From positions 496,001 to 560,000 of the forward strand of contig NW_021832231.1 of assembly GCF_006345805.1 (NCBI RefSeq): 64,000 bases of DNA, given 5' to 3'. Below, one piece after another: positions 1 through 10,936 of the stretch; the stretch's first letter is position 1, and each line of letters starts with the position of its first letter. Origin of the DNA: Octopus sinensis (taxonomy: Eukaryota). The notes beneath the pieces were generated by a model, which had not been told where the DNA came from, ran no database searches, and saw only the letters and a program-made list of their open reading frames with translations. A program made the position numbers and the translations under genes.

Positions 1-240
1 CAGTGTAGTTTATAACCGACCGGACTATTTTGATCCCGGCTCCCTTCAGAAAATAATGTTTTTAAACAAGAGTGTCAAAAAATCTGGGGTTGTGACTCCT
101 TCATTTCCCGTTGTGGCTACCCATTCAGAAAACAACAGAATTGTGCGTTACTTGGTTGAGTGTCCTTTCCGAAAGTAGTGTAGTTTGATTATTGGTGTAG
201 AGGAGACTTGACGTGGTATGAGGTCAATCATAAAAACTGA
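1..240 (+). CDS. 3' end of an unidentified protein-coding gene (partial)
   Basis: Open frame from base 2 (SVVYNRPDYFDPGSLQ...RYLVECPFRK), 26-nt GT-AG intron 175-200, last exon GDLTWYEVNHKN-TGA at 240. Family not recognised. Confidence 0.5.
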
Positions 241-419
241 TTTTTTTGTTTATTTACTAAAAATTGGGTTGCTTGTTTTGTTACATTTTTACTCTAAGAA
301 GATATTGATCGCAATTTATTAGTGATAAATAAAATATGATTATTGGAAGAAAATCCATTCAAATCGTCCTAAATTTTTTGTCTTATTTACGGCGAAAGAT
401 ACAAATCAAATGTCAAATT

Positions 420-630
420 TAATTAGGAGATTGCTGCCGAAAGGTTTGACTTACAATTGCCCTGCAAGACAGCAAACGAAATGCTGTGGAATAACCAGCT
501 CGTCTTGCGGGGGTCAAAGGTCTTGGAAGAGATCTTTGTTCTGATAGGAGCGCATGTTCACGCTTATTAATGATACCACTGGTCGCAAAGGCAAGGAAGG
601 GAAGCATATTTTTGATCGCTAAAGCTTTGT
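420..630 (-). mobile_element. CRE-like non-LTR retrotransposon, degenerate 3' fragment
   Basis: Frameshifted LAFATSGII...KTFDPRKTSWLFHSISFAVLQGNC aligns with the C-terminus at 38371-38658 (PLAFETSG...RETSWLFQRISVAILRGNC). Confidence 0.75.
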
Positions 631-2454
631 TTGATTGGTTAAATACAAAAATAGTTTATTTCTAAACACGGTTTTCCAAAATCACGGCACATATGATCAA
701 TAACCGATTTACATTTTCTGCATTTTTCAAACTGTTTTTGTCAGCTTAATTCTCTTTTGTAATTATTCAAAGTTAAATGATCATAAAGAGATTTGAATTT
801 GCCAAGTAATCTATCGATATTGGTTCTATAATGAATTATAGTCTTAATAAATTTAGTTTATATGTCTATTGTAGATTTTTGCCTCATTTATACGTTTTAT
901 GACAATAGCTTTTATAACAATTACCTTCACCGTTCAGCATAATATTATTCTAATGGACACTTCTTCTGAAATGTTACAATTTGAATATAATTCTATTTAA
1001 CTACTAAATTAAAAAAAATCTAATTTTCGTCAAAATAAAAACAGAAACTTATTTTTGAAAAATCGTACCTCAAAAAAGCTTCAAAAAGAAGTTCAAAGCA
1101 GAAAGGTTTTTTGCGACTTTAAATCAACACGGATCCTTTATGTAATTTTGCTGTACTCAGCATTTTTCAATAAAACCTTTCAGTCTACCTGACTGCATTG
1201 TGGTCTATCATTTGATTAATATTTCAAATACGAAAATAAAACACTTCTAATTTGTTTACAATTCAAAAATTAGTTGGGTAGCTCCACAACGAGATGATAT
1301 TGTTACGTGTGAAAACCAGGATGCATACTATCCTTGATAAAGAGAGTATCAATTTCAATTATAAATTATGAAAGGGCTCCTTGACTGACCAATTGTGGGC
1401 TGTCTTAGAAAACCTATTTTATTTGTGATTTCCAAACTTACTAATAAATTCCACAAACTGATTAGCGTTTATGTATTTTACTAAGAAAGCCCTGCTTTTA
1501 TTGGAAGCTTCCAAGTTAACCCCGGTTGTCACAAAAAATGGAAATATTCGTTTTACTCACGACCTTTAAAGAAATCGGCGAATTATTCGTAAAAACTGTT
1601 TTTGATAATTTTCTGACTTACACGCATTGTTGTGAGTCCCAAAGTCCAATACGGAGTTTAAGAAACTGAACTGATAAAAGTGCAAAGAGTTTCTTCCAAA
1701 TTATCAATTCATACACAATGCTAAAAATCCGATTAATTTTGTCATTAAATTACGTCTTAATGACATTAGAAAAAGCAGATAAACTGGAACAATTTTAACT
1801 AGACTTTTCATAGAGTTCATAGATAGACCTGAAAATACACTTGTTACGCTCAATTATTTATTATTATTAATATTTATTTATTATCTAAAATAAAATATTA
1901 ACTGGCAAGTCTAAAATGAAAATATAATAAATTGTATGTATTTCCAGATTTGCTTCCGTTCATCTTTAAATTCGTTTATGCAGAAAAATTCAAAATCATA
2001 TATTTTTAAGTCTCCTGAAGTCATAATCAGCATTCTAACCTGTGTACGATCTATATTATTCATTTTTAACAGCTTTTATCTTTTATATTGCTGCTTGTGA
2101 CCATAAACAGTAAAAGTTTTATTCTCGTCAACGTGGAATGTGAGAACCTAACCAAAACAGTTTCAGTTCCCGTCAAGTTCCCATTTAGGTTATTAAACCA
2201 TGAAATATTATTAGATTGGGAAATCAGCAGAATATTGGTATATATTCGTGTTTTTTGGCACTCAGCGAACTTTCAACACGTTCTACATATTTTTACGTCT
2301 TTTCGCTGTCTTTTAGCACATTGTACAGTCTTTTGTACATTTGTATGAAAATATTTTACAACAAAAAACTAGAGAAATCACAAAGATTGTGGAAATTTGT
2401 AAATTTATGTTTCTTTTAATAACTAGCATTCCCTCTTTTCCATTTCACTCGCAT

Positions 2455-2610
2455 TTATTTCGGGTTTTGCTGCCTCGATGTGGATTCCGAGCTACCTCGA
2501 ACTTGCCACCATCACCAAACACGAGTATCTGTGTCAAGAATTCGACGGAAGATGCCTGATAATCAGTCCCCCTTCTCTGAATTCTCTTACTTACTCTCTG
2601 GTGATTTTTT
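2455..2610. repeat. Dispersed ~150-bp repeat, second copy at ~9984-10140
   Basis: Near-identical sequence GCTGCCTCGATGTGGATTCCGA...TACTTACTCTCTGGTGATTT in both places. Confidence 0.9.
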
Positions 2611-3639
2611 TGAATATTTTCTAGTTTTTTGCGTTTTTTGTGACTGCTGGATGGATTGCTGTATTTTGGTTTGCATTTAAACAAACTGATTGGATCAATA
2701 ATGTCAAAAATAAATACAGAAGGACTGGTCCCAGGCTTTTACAGGACGAAATGTTTTAGAATAAATTACTTATCTTTTTTAAATAGTCATTATTTTAACC
2801 AAATTATCTGTTGGCCAAATAGCAGAGTAACTAATTTTACTTGGCTGAGGTTAATTTGAAATTGTCCTAGGAAATTTTTGTTTATCTTTTTTAAAGTTAT
2901 TTTTGATTATTTTAACAAGTTCATATAGGAAATAATAATTTCCATTTAAGGATCTTTGGTATTTGTAAAGCTGCATATAATTATTTTTATTTATGCATTC
3001 TCTTCGTTTTATTCTGAAAGTTTAAATACGTTATAAACGAACTCTCATCTCATTTATAAGACGCATCGACGTATAAGCAACAATTTTTACGATCTTCAAT
3101 CCTCCAATGCTGTCACATTCAGTCTGGGGCTGATACATTTTACAGTGAAATCACATCCAGAACGTATCAATAAATTCTAAAAATTGGTGTATTTTACTTA
3201 CTAGATAACAGTCAAAAGAATCTGGCTCCATCAGCTAAGACAGTCACAGAAAACTGGAAATGATTGTATTCTTTGGATTTCTAAAGAAATAATTCGGTTT
3301 TTCGGCAAACACAAAAAATGAGAAATTTGACGATAGAAGAATGGCTTTTTTGTATAAATCTTCTAACATACCGTAAACTCCAGTGCCGTAAATACAATGA
3401 ATCCGATTAAAATAATGGCCAAGGCGAGTGTCCAAATCTATTCTGATTTTGGATACACAGGGACCTTCCTACATTACGAAAACTCAAAAGTTTTTTTCTC
3501 TAAAAGGAATAATACTCTTTCTAATGCTGAGGTCGACATGGAATGACAAAATCAGGTTGTTCGTTTGAGACTTTCTCGTGCACTAAAGAAAATTAAGAAA
3601 TCCTTCAATTAATAACATAATTGCTGATATCGTTTGGGG

Positions 3640-3735
3640 GCACAGATGGTACTGCGCTCTATGCCAAAAATACAAAAAATCTATCGCAATACTTAGAATT
3701 GATATGTCTCGGGCGTTTGATTCTATACACAGGGC
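3640..3735 (+). mobile_element. Small non-LTR (RTE-like) reverse transcriptase remnant
   Basis: Translates AILRIDMSRAFDSIHR (RT domain D..KAFD motif). Confidence 0.5.
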
Positions 3736-3968
3736 TCCGCAAAAAATTCTTCATTCACTCCCTGGAGGTCCCATGAGTGTAACCTGGGAAGGCGCTGTTG
3801 TTTCTGCAAGCTGCTGGTCTTATAACTTAATGTGAGATCAGGGTTACGCAACAACAACTTACTGGAAAATTGGCACACATCCACAAAAGCACGATAATCC
3901 CTGTCGTATTGTCGTATGGAGTTGTTACAAAGTTCTACAAGTTTTAAATGAAAAAGTTGAGTATAGAT

Positions 3969-4001
3969 CGGGGGTGTCAAAGATACGGCCCCCGGGCCAG
4001 A
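3969..4001 (+). repeat. Extra left end (TIR plus subterminal) of the hAT element
   Basis: CGGGGGTGTCAAAGATACGGCCCCCGGGCCAGA is identical to 4819-4851. Confidence 0.9.
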
Positions 4002-4151
4002 TTTTTGTTTCATCCGCAATAGTAAAAACCTTTTGATCGCTACGAAATAAAGTAAATTTTTATACACAATTTTTTGTTGAATTATCAATTTTTGATCAAT
4101 TATGATTTGATTTTTTTTAAACAATAATTGATTAAAAGACAACGAAAATCG

Positions 4152-4808
4152 TTAAGTCCCAGCGGCAAGGACGCAGTGTGCGTTGCCCCGAACAATGGCC
4201 AGGCCGATGCGCTGGCGGAACCAGAGGCCCTCTCTCGTGTCCTTGAGCCTCCTCCCGATGGACTGCCCGACCTCGTTGAGGAAAGAGTCAGTCTCCTTTC
4301 CCACAGCTCCAGCGGTCTCCAGGGCGATTGCCGTTACGCGATAGCGGTCCGCGAGCGAAGAATATTTTTGTAGTTTCATCTTTTCGGCGTGGTTTGCAGC
4401 CGAACAAGGTTTTGTGGCGGAAGAATGGATCCTCGATTTTGAAAAGGTATCCACAACGGTAACATCCCATACGAGGGCCTTCCCCGACGAGTACGGGAAT
4501 ATTGTCATCCCGTCAGGCCTTTTGCCATCTCCCCGATCGAGTCCGACCGGTTCGAGGAGGCACGAATGGCCCGCCGATTCGAGACCGGCCTTCACGATTT
4601 CATTGAGGGCCTTGTGTCTGTGTTCCCTGCCTGCGCTCCTCTTGCAGGAAAGTGGGTGCAGTCCCTTTTCGTCAACGTCCTCACCGCATCTGCAGCGGTG
4701 TTTTGCACAAACATCCAGGCCGAGACGGTGAGCTACTCCTATGATTTGATTGACACAGCTTCTAGCCTTCGATGGTGAGGGTACTCGCACAGAATCTCCG
4801 TAAAACAA
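4152..4808 (-). mobile_element. CRE-like retrotransposon 3' fragment (CCHC knuckle plus restriction-like endonuclease)
   Basis: [51 protein letters not shown]. Confidence 0.9.
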
Positions 4809-4818
4809 TTCTCTAAGC

Positions 4819-6406
4819 CGGGGGTGTCAAAGATACGGCCCCCGGGCCAGAGCTGGCCCGCGGACGATCTCAAATGGCCCGCGGTAAAAGTTTAAAAGTG
4901 TATTTAAAATCTAAAATTATTATTTAACACCAAATAAAAATACAAGAATCTAGATTCTAGAATATAAATAAAAATAAAAAAATTATTACTTAAAAAATAA
5001 TTAATTGTTTAATACTTTTATTTAAATGAATATATTTGTGGATTTATATTATTCTAATTGTTTTTCTTGTCTTGTGCTGATGCCTTTTTCAACAAAACGT
5101 AAGGTTGATACAGAATGCAGATCTTTTCAAAAAAGTGGAAACTGGAATATTTCTTTGCCGATTTAAATCGGAAACTTACTTGTTTGGTCTGTAGACAAGA
5201 AATTTCAGTTGTCAAAGAATAATTTGACGGTCACAGAGGAGTTCCTTGATTTGATATCTATGCTGGACACTACTATGATATATTCAAATCTCTCGTCAGT
5301 GTGTTGGATAACTTTGGAGTGAAATGGTCACTTGCTGTTAATGTGGCTACAGATGGTACTCTATCAATGATTGGGAAAAAGACTGGCGTTGTGGTTCAAT
5401 TCAGAGAGAAGATACAGGCTGTAAATGGAGGATGTGATTTTTGGATATTTCACTGCATTGTGCATCAGGAGGTACTGTGCACCAAATCGTTAAAAATGGA
5501 CCATGTAATGGAGGTGGTCGTCCGGACAGTAAATTTTATCCGTGACAGAGGTCTATATCACCGTCAATTTGACAATTTTCTGAGTGATATTGGTTTTACT
5601 CACGGACTACCATATCATTCCGAGGTAAGGTGGTTAAGTCGAGGTTTTGGTATTGAAGAAATTTTTCGATCTAAAAGAAGAAATCAAACACTTCATGTTT
5701 GCAAAAAACAAACCTTTACCAGAATTGGAATCTCTTGATTGGGTGCTAGACTTGCGATTTTTGGTGGATATTACAGAACACCTGAACACGCTTAACAAAA
5801 ATTTGCAAGGACGAAATAAAGTTGTTACACAATATTTCGAATGCATACAAGCTTTCACCGTGAAGCTAATGTTATGGGAAACACAATTGACAGTAGGAAA
5901 CACTGAGCATTTTTCTTGTTTAAAAAGTGTAATTTCCACCACATAGAATGTTGATGTGAGTCGCTATAAAGTGAAAATAACAGGATTACTTCAACAGTTT
6001 GAGACACGTTTTAAAATTTTTCGTGAATTTGAAAAAGAATTTACTGTTTTTCGATCACCATTCACTGCAAATATTACACATCTTTCAGCTAACTTACAAT
6101 TGGAAATTATTGATTTGAAATGTGGCTCAGATCTGAAGAATAAATATTCCATGGTGGGCTTAGACACCTTTTATAAATATCTCTTGCCGAAGTATCCCAA
6201 CTTAACAGCCTTAGCTGCGAAAATCTTGTCAATGTTTGGAAGTACATATCTATGTGAACAACTTTCCTCTTTAATGAACATAAACAAAACAAAATTTCGA
6301 TCAAGGCTCACCCACACTCATCTAAGTGAGATTATAAATAGTCTGGCCCGCGGAGCCTAAAATTTTTTTAATCCGGTCCGCGGAAGAAATGAGTTTGATA
6401 CCCCTG
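4819..6406 (+). mobile_element. hAT DNA transposon (SPIN/Charlie/GTF2IRD2-like), internally deleted and disrupted
   Basis: TIRs CGGGGGTGTCAAA...TTTGATACCCCTG with subterminal GGCCCG motifs. Transposase motifs ATDG, HCIVHQE, EVRWLSRG, MFGSTYLCE across ORFs 5301-6360. Confidence 0.92.
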
Positions 6407-6569
6407 GCCTGGATACAGCGTTTGTGTCCACGACAGGTTCCTCTGATGTCTCGTGGTGGCTGTTTCCATTAATAAGTCGTTCATTGATTGCATGATTCGC
6501 CGCTGTTAAATTGTCTTAGTCAAATTTCACAGAGAAGAGACAGTCTGTCGCAGAAATTCGATAAAATTT

Positions 6570-6780
6570 GTTTATGAATGTTTTTTAAAAGCAAGGGAAG
6601 AATTTATTCCAGTCTCTGGACCTATTCTTAAAAACGTTGCTATAAAAGTAGTTAGGAATTCCGAACTGTACCCCATTCAGAGTTTCAATGGTTCGCTTGA
6701 AAAATTTAAGAAAAGACACAATTTGTCATTTAAGACAATACAATTAGTGAAAAATTCGTGTGAAATTTCTTGCCTTGGAA
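6570..6780 (+). mobile_element. Tigger/pogo transposase CENP-B HTH remnant
   Basis: REEFIPVSGPILKNVA...NGSLEKFKKRHNLSFKTI. Confidence 0.7.
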
Positions 6781-7099
6781 TAGTTTTTAATTTTTTTACA
6801 AGAAAATATTTTTTTGTTAAATTATTTTTTACCCGACTGTATATCTGAAAACAAAAATATAATCTAAATCTGTCAAAAAATTAAAAATAAAAAGTTTTCG
6901 CAAAGGAATTAAAAATGTATTCATATAGCTAAATTAGGATTATACCGACAATTTTATCCTGCAGTAATTCTTAAGATCAATGGAAATTCTTGATGGTTAC
7001 TTTGACAAAAATATTAATCAAACAAAAATAATTAAAACACGTGATTCGAATTAGTTAATTTTTTTCTCTGAGAATCTATCAACAAAGTAAATTGCATAC

Positions 7100-7560
7100 A
7101 CCAGTTATTATAAAATTTGTTTTTGTTGGGAAATGAGCTCTAAACGAGTTGTTTTAGATAAATTTCTAAAATATCTTTTGACGGGATTGTCACAAATAAT
7201 GAAAAACGGATTTTTTAACACTCTTTTGAACTCCATCGTTGTTAAATTAGTCGAGAACAGTCAGTTTATTGACCAAAAACTTGCTTTCATCACAAAAGAT
7301 AGTGTTGAGTATATTGTGCGATGTCAAAGTAATAATCTATCACAAATTGTTAAAAATAAGCAAATAATAAGAGCTATTATTTGCCACAGGCAAGAATTGC
7401 TGACTAACAACAAAAAAGCCATCTGCTGACCTGGTCTCTAAAGCCAGAGTGATAAAATGTCTCTTGGAAGAATTTGGCAAAAAAAGTACTGCCTCATATT
7501 CGCCTGATCTTGCTGCTCTCATTTGTTCCTAATTCTCAAAATAGTTTAAATAATTGTTAA
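7100..7560 (+). mobile_element. Degenerate mariner transposase remnant
   Basis: ITKD (first catalytic Asp region) and KVLPH/YSPDLA motifs; many disruptions. Confidence 0.6.
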
Positions 7561-7786
7561 TTTGGTTTAAAAAAACTGTTAGAAATTAAATTAGAAGTAA
7601 TGTTAGAAAATTAGTTTCAGTCAGAATCCTCCAAGTTTTGCGTATTCTAAATCAATATTGGCGCTTATTTCTTTGTATATTCTTTTCTCTGACATCAGTT
7701 CTTCTATAAATATATTAGAGTGAAATAAAAATAGTGTTGTTAAATAATCCAGGGAATGGTTAGAGACCAATAATAATGGATATTAG

Positions 7787-9830
7787 TTAAATGGAATTCA
7801 TGTCATTGCATTCATCGTCAGATGTATCAAATGAGATTGTATCAATTTCATTTTCCAGCAAACCTGAGCAAATATTGAGAAAAACAGACCTTCCGCCTTT
7901 TTTAGAATAAATTCCATTTGTTGCATGCTATTGAAATATTCTTCATTGGATTTGGTCGCCTATGTGAGTGTGTTAGCGGGGAATGTCAGTAAATAGGTAA
8001 CACAGCAACTTTCTAGCCTATCGATGTCTTGCTGACACTTATTAAACACCCTATCGAACTCTGCTGCCCTTTCTCGCTCTTAAATTCAAATAAACTCGAC
8101 AAATTATGCCGCATAGCAAACCTGCACATTACCTCATACAAATCTTCTCTCAGTTTCTTGATTGTAGCCTCGTATTCTTCTACCTTGTTATATGCCTACA
8201 ATAAATATGTCAGTTTAATTAATTAAAGTTAGCAACAGGGACCTAGTGGGGATAAGAAAGGAAGGATTGTTAGCTCGGTACCTCAAGAGAGCTAATCTCA
8301 AGAGATTTGAGATTGTTTAAAACAACTTTTAGCTCATTTTCTAACTGGACAACCTAACTACATAAATATAAATAAAACTGCTTTTAATACACCGGGAACC
8401 GCAGCGACAGATTAAGACTAACCTCATTTGAGTGAGCTTCCAATGTTTTTATTCTGAATTCGACGTTCGAATGTTCGTTTGTAGCTATCGTCAGTTGTCT
8501 AAATCAGTTCCAATGAACTGACTTTTTATATTCATTTGCCTGTTCTTCGAATTTATCACAAGATAATTCCAAGTTTTTGTTTGTTCTTAGAACCTAATCG
8601 CCAGTATTAGCCGCATGCACCACCACTGCTACACTTTGCCCACGCAGCGGTTCCCGGACCAAAATACCTCTCAGCCAATTCGAAACGTGCCATTGTCCTC
8701 TCCAAGTCTATTTCAGTGGCCATCAACTTCCTGCTGGTCTATTTATCAGTTACGTGTTATTTTTACTTAGTCGTATTTATGGTCGCTGTCGTCTGCTGTC
8801 CATTTTATATCGGCCAAATGTTTTTCCAGTAGGTAAATTCGCTCTTCGTCTTTGTTGGACTTGTTTTCGAGGATTTTGCGGATTCTAAAACGCATTTATT
8901 GCGGGCAAAGTGTTAGCAGTGGTGGTTGAAAAAGAAAATTAGCTAACACTGTCTAATTCGTCCTTCATTGTTCCCTGTTCATTTTTAATTCTGTTCAATT
9001 CTTTTTTCAAATCATCATTAGCATCTTTCAAGGCCTCATTTTTACGTTCCAGCACTTTCCGTTGGCTTTAATTGTTAGTGGTAGTTGATAGGTCGGGTAA
9101 ATACCGGTCACTTTCGTCGAATTTTTCAATGTAATGATTAAGTTGCTGCGTCTTTTCTTTCAAGTTGGAATCTGTGGCTTCGTTATTATCGTCCATTTCC
9201 AGGTTACCTGAGCAAATATTGAGAAAAACAGACCTTCCGCTATTTCTAGATCTGATTCCATTTTTTTGATCCGATTTAAATATTCTTTATTAGATTTGCC
9301 CGCCTATGTGAGTGTGTTAGCGGAGAATGTCAGTAAATAGGTAACACAGCAACTTTCTAGCTTATCGATGTCTTGCTGACACTTATTAAACACCCTATCG
9401 AACTCTGCTGCCCTTTCTCGCTCTTAAATTCCATTAAACTCGACAAATTATGCCGCATAGCAAACCTGCACATTACCTCATACAAATCTTCCATCAGTTT
9501 CTTGATTGTAGCCTCGTATTCTTCTATTTTGTTATATGCCTACAATAAATATGTCTGTTTAATTAATTAAAGTTCGTAACAGGGGGCTAGTGGGGATTAG
9601 AAAGGAAAGATTGTTAGCTCGGTACCTTAATATAGCTAATCTTAAGTGATCTGAGAATGCTTTCAACATCATTTAGCTTAAATTTCTTTTGAATTCTTCT
9701 CAAATTTTTTTCAGTTTCCAATCTCTTAATTTTTTGTTCCAGCACTTTCTGTTGGTTTTAATTATTAGTGGTAGTTAATAGGTTACCTGTCACTTTCGCA
9801 GAATTTTTCATTGTTTTGCATTCTACAAAA
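7787..9830 (-). pseudogene. Tropomyosin locus, 5'-truncated and internally duplicated, with mutually exclusive exon pairs (partly inactivated or divergent paralog)
   Basis: Peptides RKILENKSNKDEERIYLLEKHL..ADDSDHKYD, SRKLMATEIDLERT, LENELKVVLNNLKSLEIS, QQDIDRLE. Exon sizes match conserved tropomyosin exons: 4a 8948-9065 and 4b 8767-8884 (118 nt), 5b 8668-8738 and 5a 8523-8593 (71 nt), 6a 8423-8498 and 6b 8282-8357 (76 nt), 7 8133-8195 (63 nt). Stops in 4b and 6b. Confidence 0.88.
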
Positions 9831-9983
9831 ATTTCAATTTGTTAATAGATTTTAATATATTTCCAATCTATGTTATCCTCTTAGAAAATAATACTTATAA
9901 ATTAAATTACTTAATAAATAATAATTAATTCAAAAAATGACCTCACTTAATTCTTTTAATGCATTATTAAGTTGAGCTGAAAC

Positions 9984-10140
9984 TTATTTCGGAGTTAGCT
10001 GCCTCGATGTGGATTCCGATTTACCTCGAACTTGTCACCATCAGCAAACACGAGTATCTGTGTCAAGAATTCGACGGAAGATGCCTGATTATCAGTCCTC
10101 CTTCTCTGAATTCTTTTACTTACTCTCTGGTGATTTGTTT
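9984..10140. repeat. Second copy of the ~150-bp dispersed repeat (see 2455-2610)
   Basis: Direct sequence identity. Confidence 0.9.
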
Positions 10141-10154
10141 TTGTATTTTAACCT

Positions 10155-10515
10155 GTTGCCTTGACAGAGGAGAGGAAAACGTCCTGATGGGGTGATAATT
10201 TTTCCATTTGAAGAGGGGAAACCTATAGTCTAACATTGCCGGGAGTGCAGTGGACAGACTGTATGCCGCGGAAAAAACGATGAGGGCAAAGGAGAGAAAA
10301 TACGAAGCGCTGCGCGACCGATTCGCGTTCTATCCGATTGTGGTCGAGACAACTGGAGGAATAAGTTGGAAATCGCTTCGCTTCCTAAAGAAACTTGGAC
10401 GCTTAGCTACGACACACGTGTGACCCGGTGGCTTCTCCAGTTGATCTCTGTTGCGATTGTGAGAGGCAACGAAGCCTCGATAATGTCGGCGGGGTTCACT
10501 TCGGAAGGATGACTG
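10155..10515 (+). mobile_element. CRE-like retrotransposon degenerate 3' fragment
   Basis: LDRG..KRPDGVIIFPF, KERKYEALRDRFAFYPIVVETTGG, ISVAIVRGNEAS. Confidence 0.85.
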
Positions 10516-10936
10516 TGTTAACTTTTAACTATATCTGTTTTTGTTATAAAAATAAAATTATTAAACTGTGGATAAATTTAAAGAAAATGCCGAACCTCCA
10601 TTTTTGGGTAAATCTCTGTTTTGGGGGAATTTTTTTAAATAGGTGCTCAAATAGAGGTCATATTGTAATTACAAATTTATAATATTGATTTGAACAAAAA
10701 GTAGAATGTGACTATATTGTCAAGAATAACAATCTTTTATCCTATCATTATTTCAGAAATAGTTTTCTAATAAAATCAACTGTAAACTCGATATTCTTTC
10801 TAAATATAGTAAACTGATCTGACGGAAATATTTGAATAACCACATGCAGATATGTGTGAAATGATGACCACAATAAATAGCCAATCTATCGATGGCAACA
10901 TTAAAACAAAAAAGATTATCGATTGATTAAAAAACA

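Noticed and set aside
419-607. ORF resembling a neuropeptide precursor (hydrophobic start, KR/RR sites)
   Set aside because: Explained as a frameshifted CRE C-terminus.
1300-3500. Weak CR1-like (KVQR) and pogo-like remnants
   Set aside because: Motif matches too short to support a feature.
3740-3960. Gypsy gag-like LLLRNPDLTL fragment
   Set aside because: Single short motif, no LTRs or other domains.
8354-8769. Stop-codon reassignment to explain the tropomyosin stops
   Set aside because: Conserved genes splice to open frames under the standard code and end in TAA, TAG or TGA. The two stops replace different residues (Glu, Lys).
8029-9570. Duplicated 65-aa plus-strand ORFs (MLTLIKHPIELCC...)
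   Set aside because: Antisense shadows of the duplicated tropomyosin exons 7-8.
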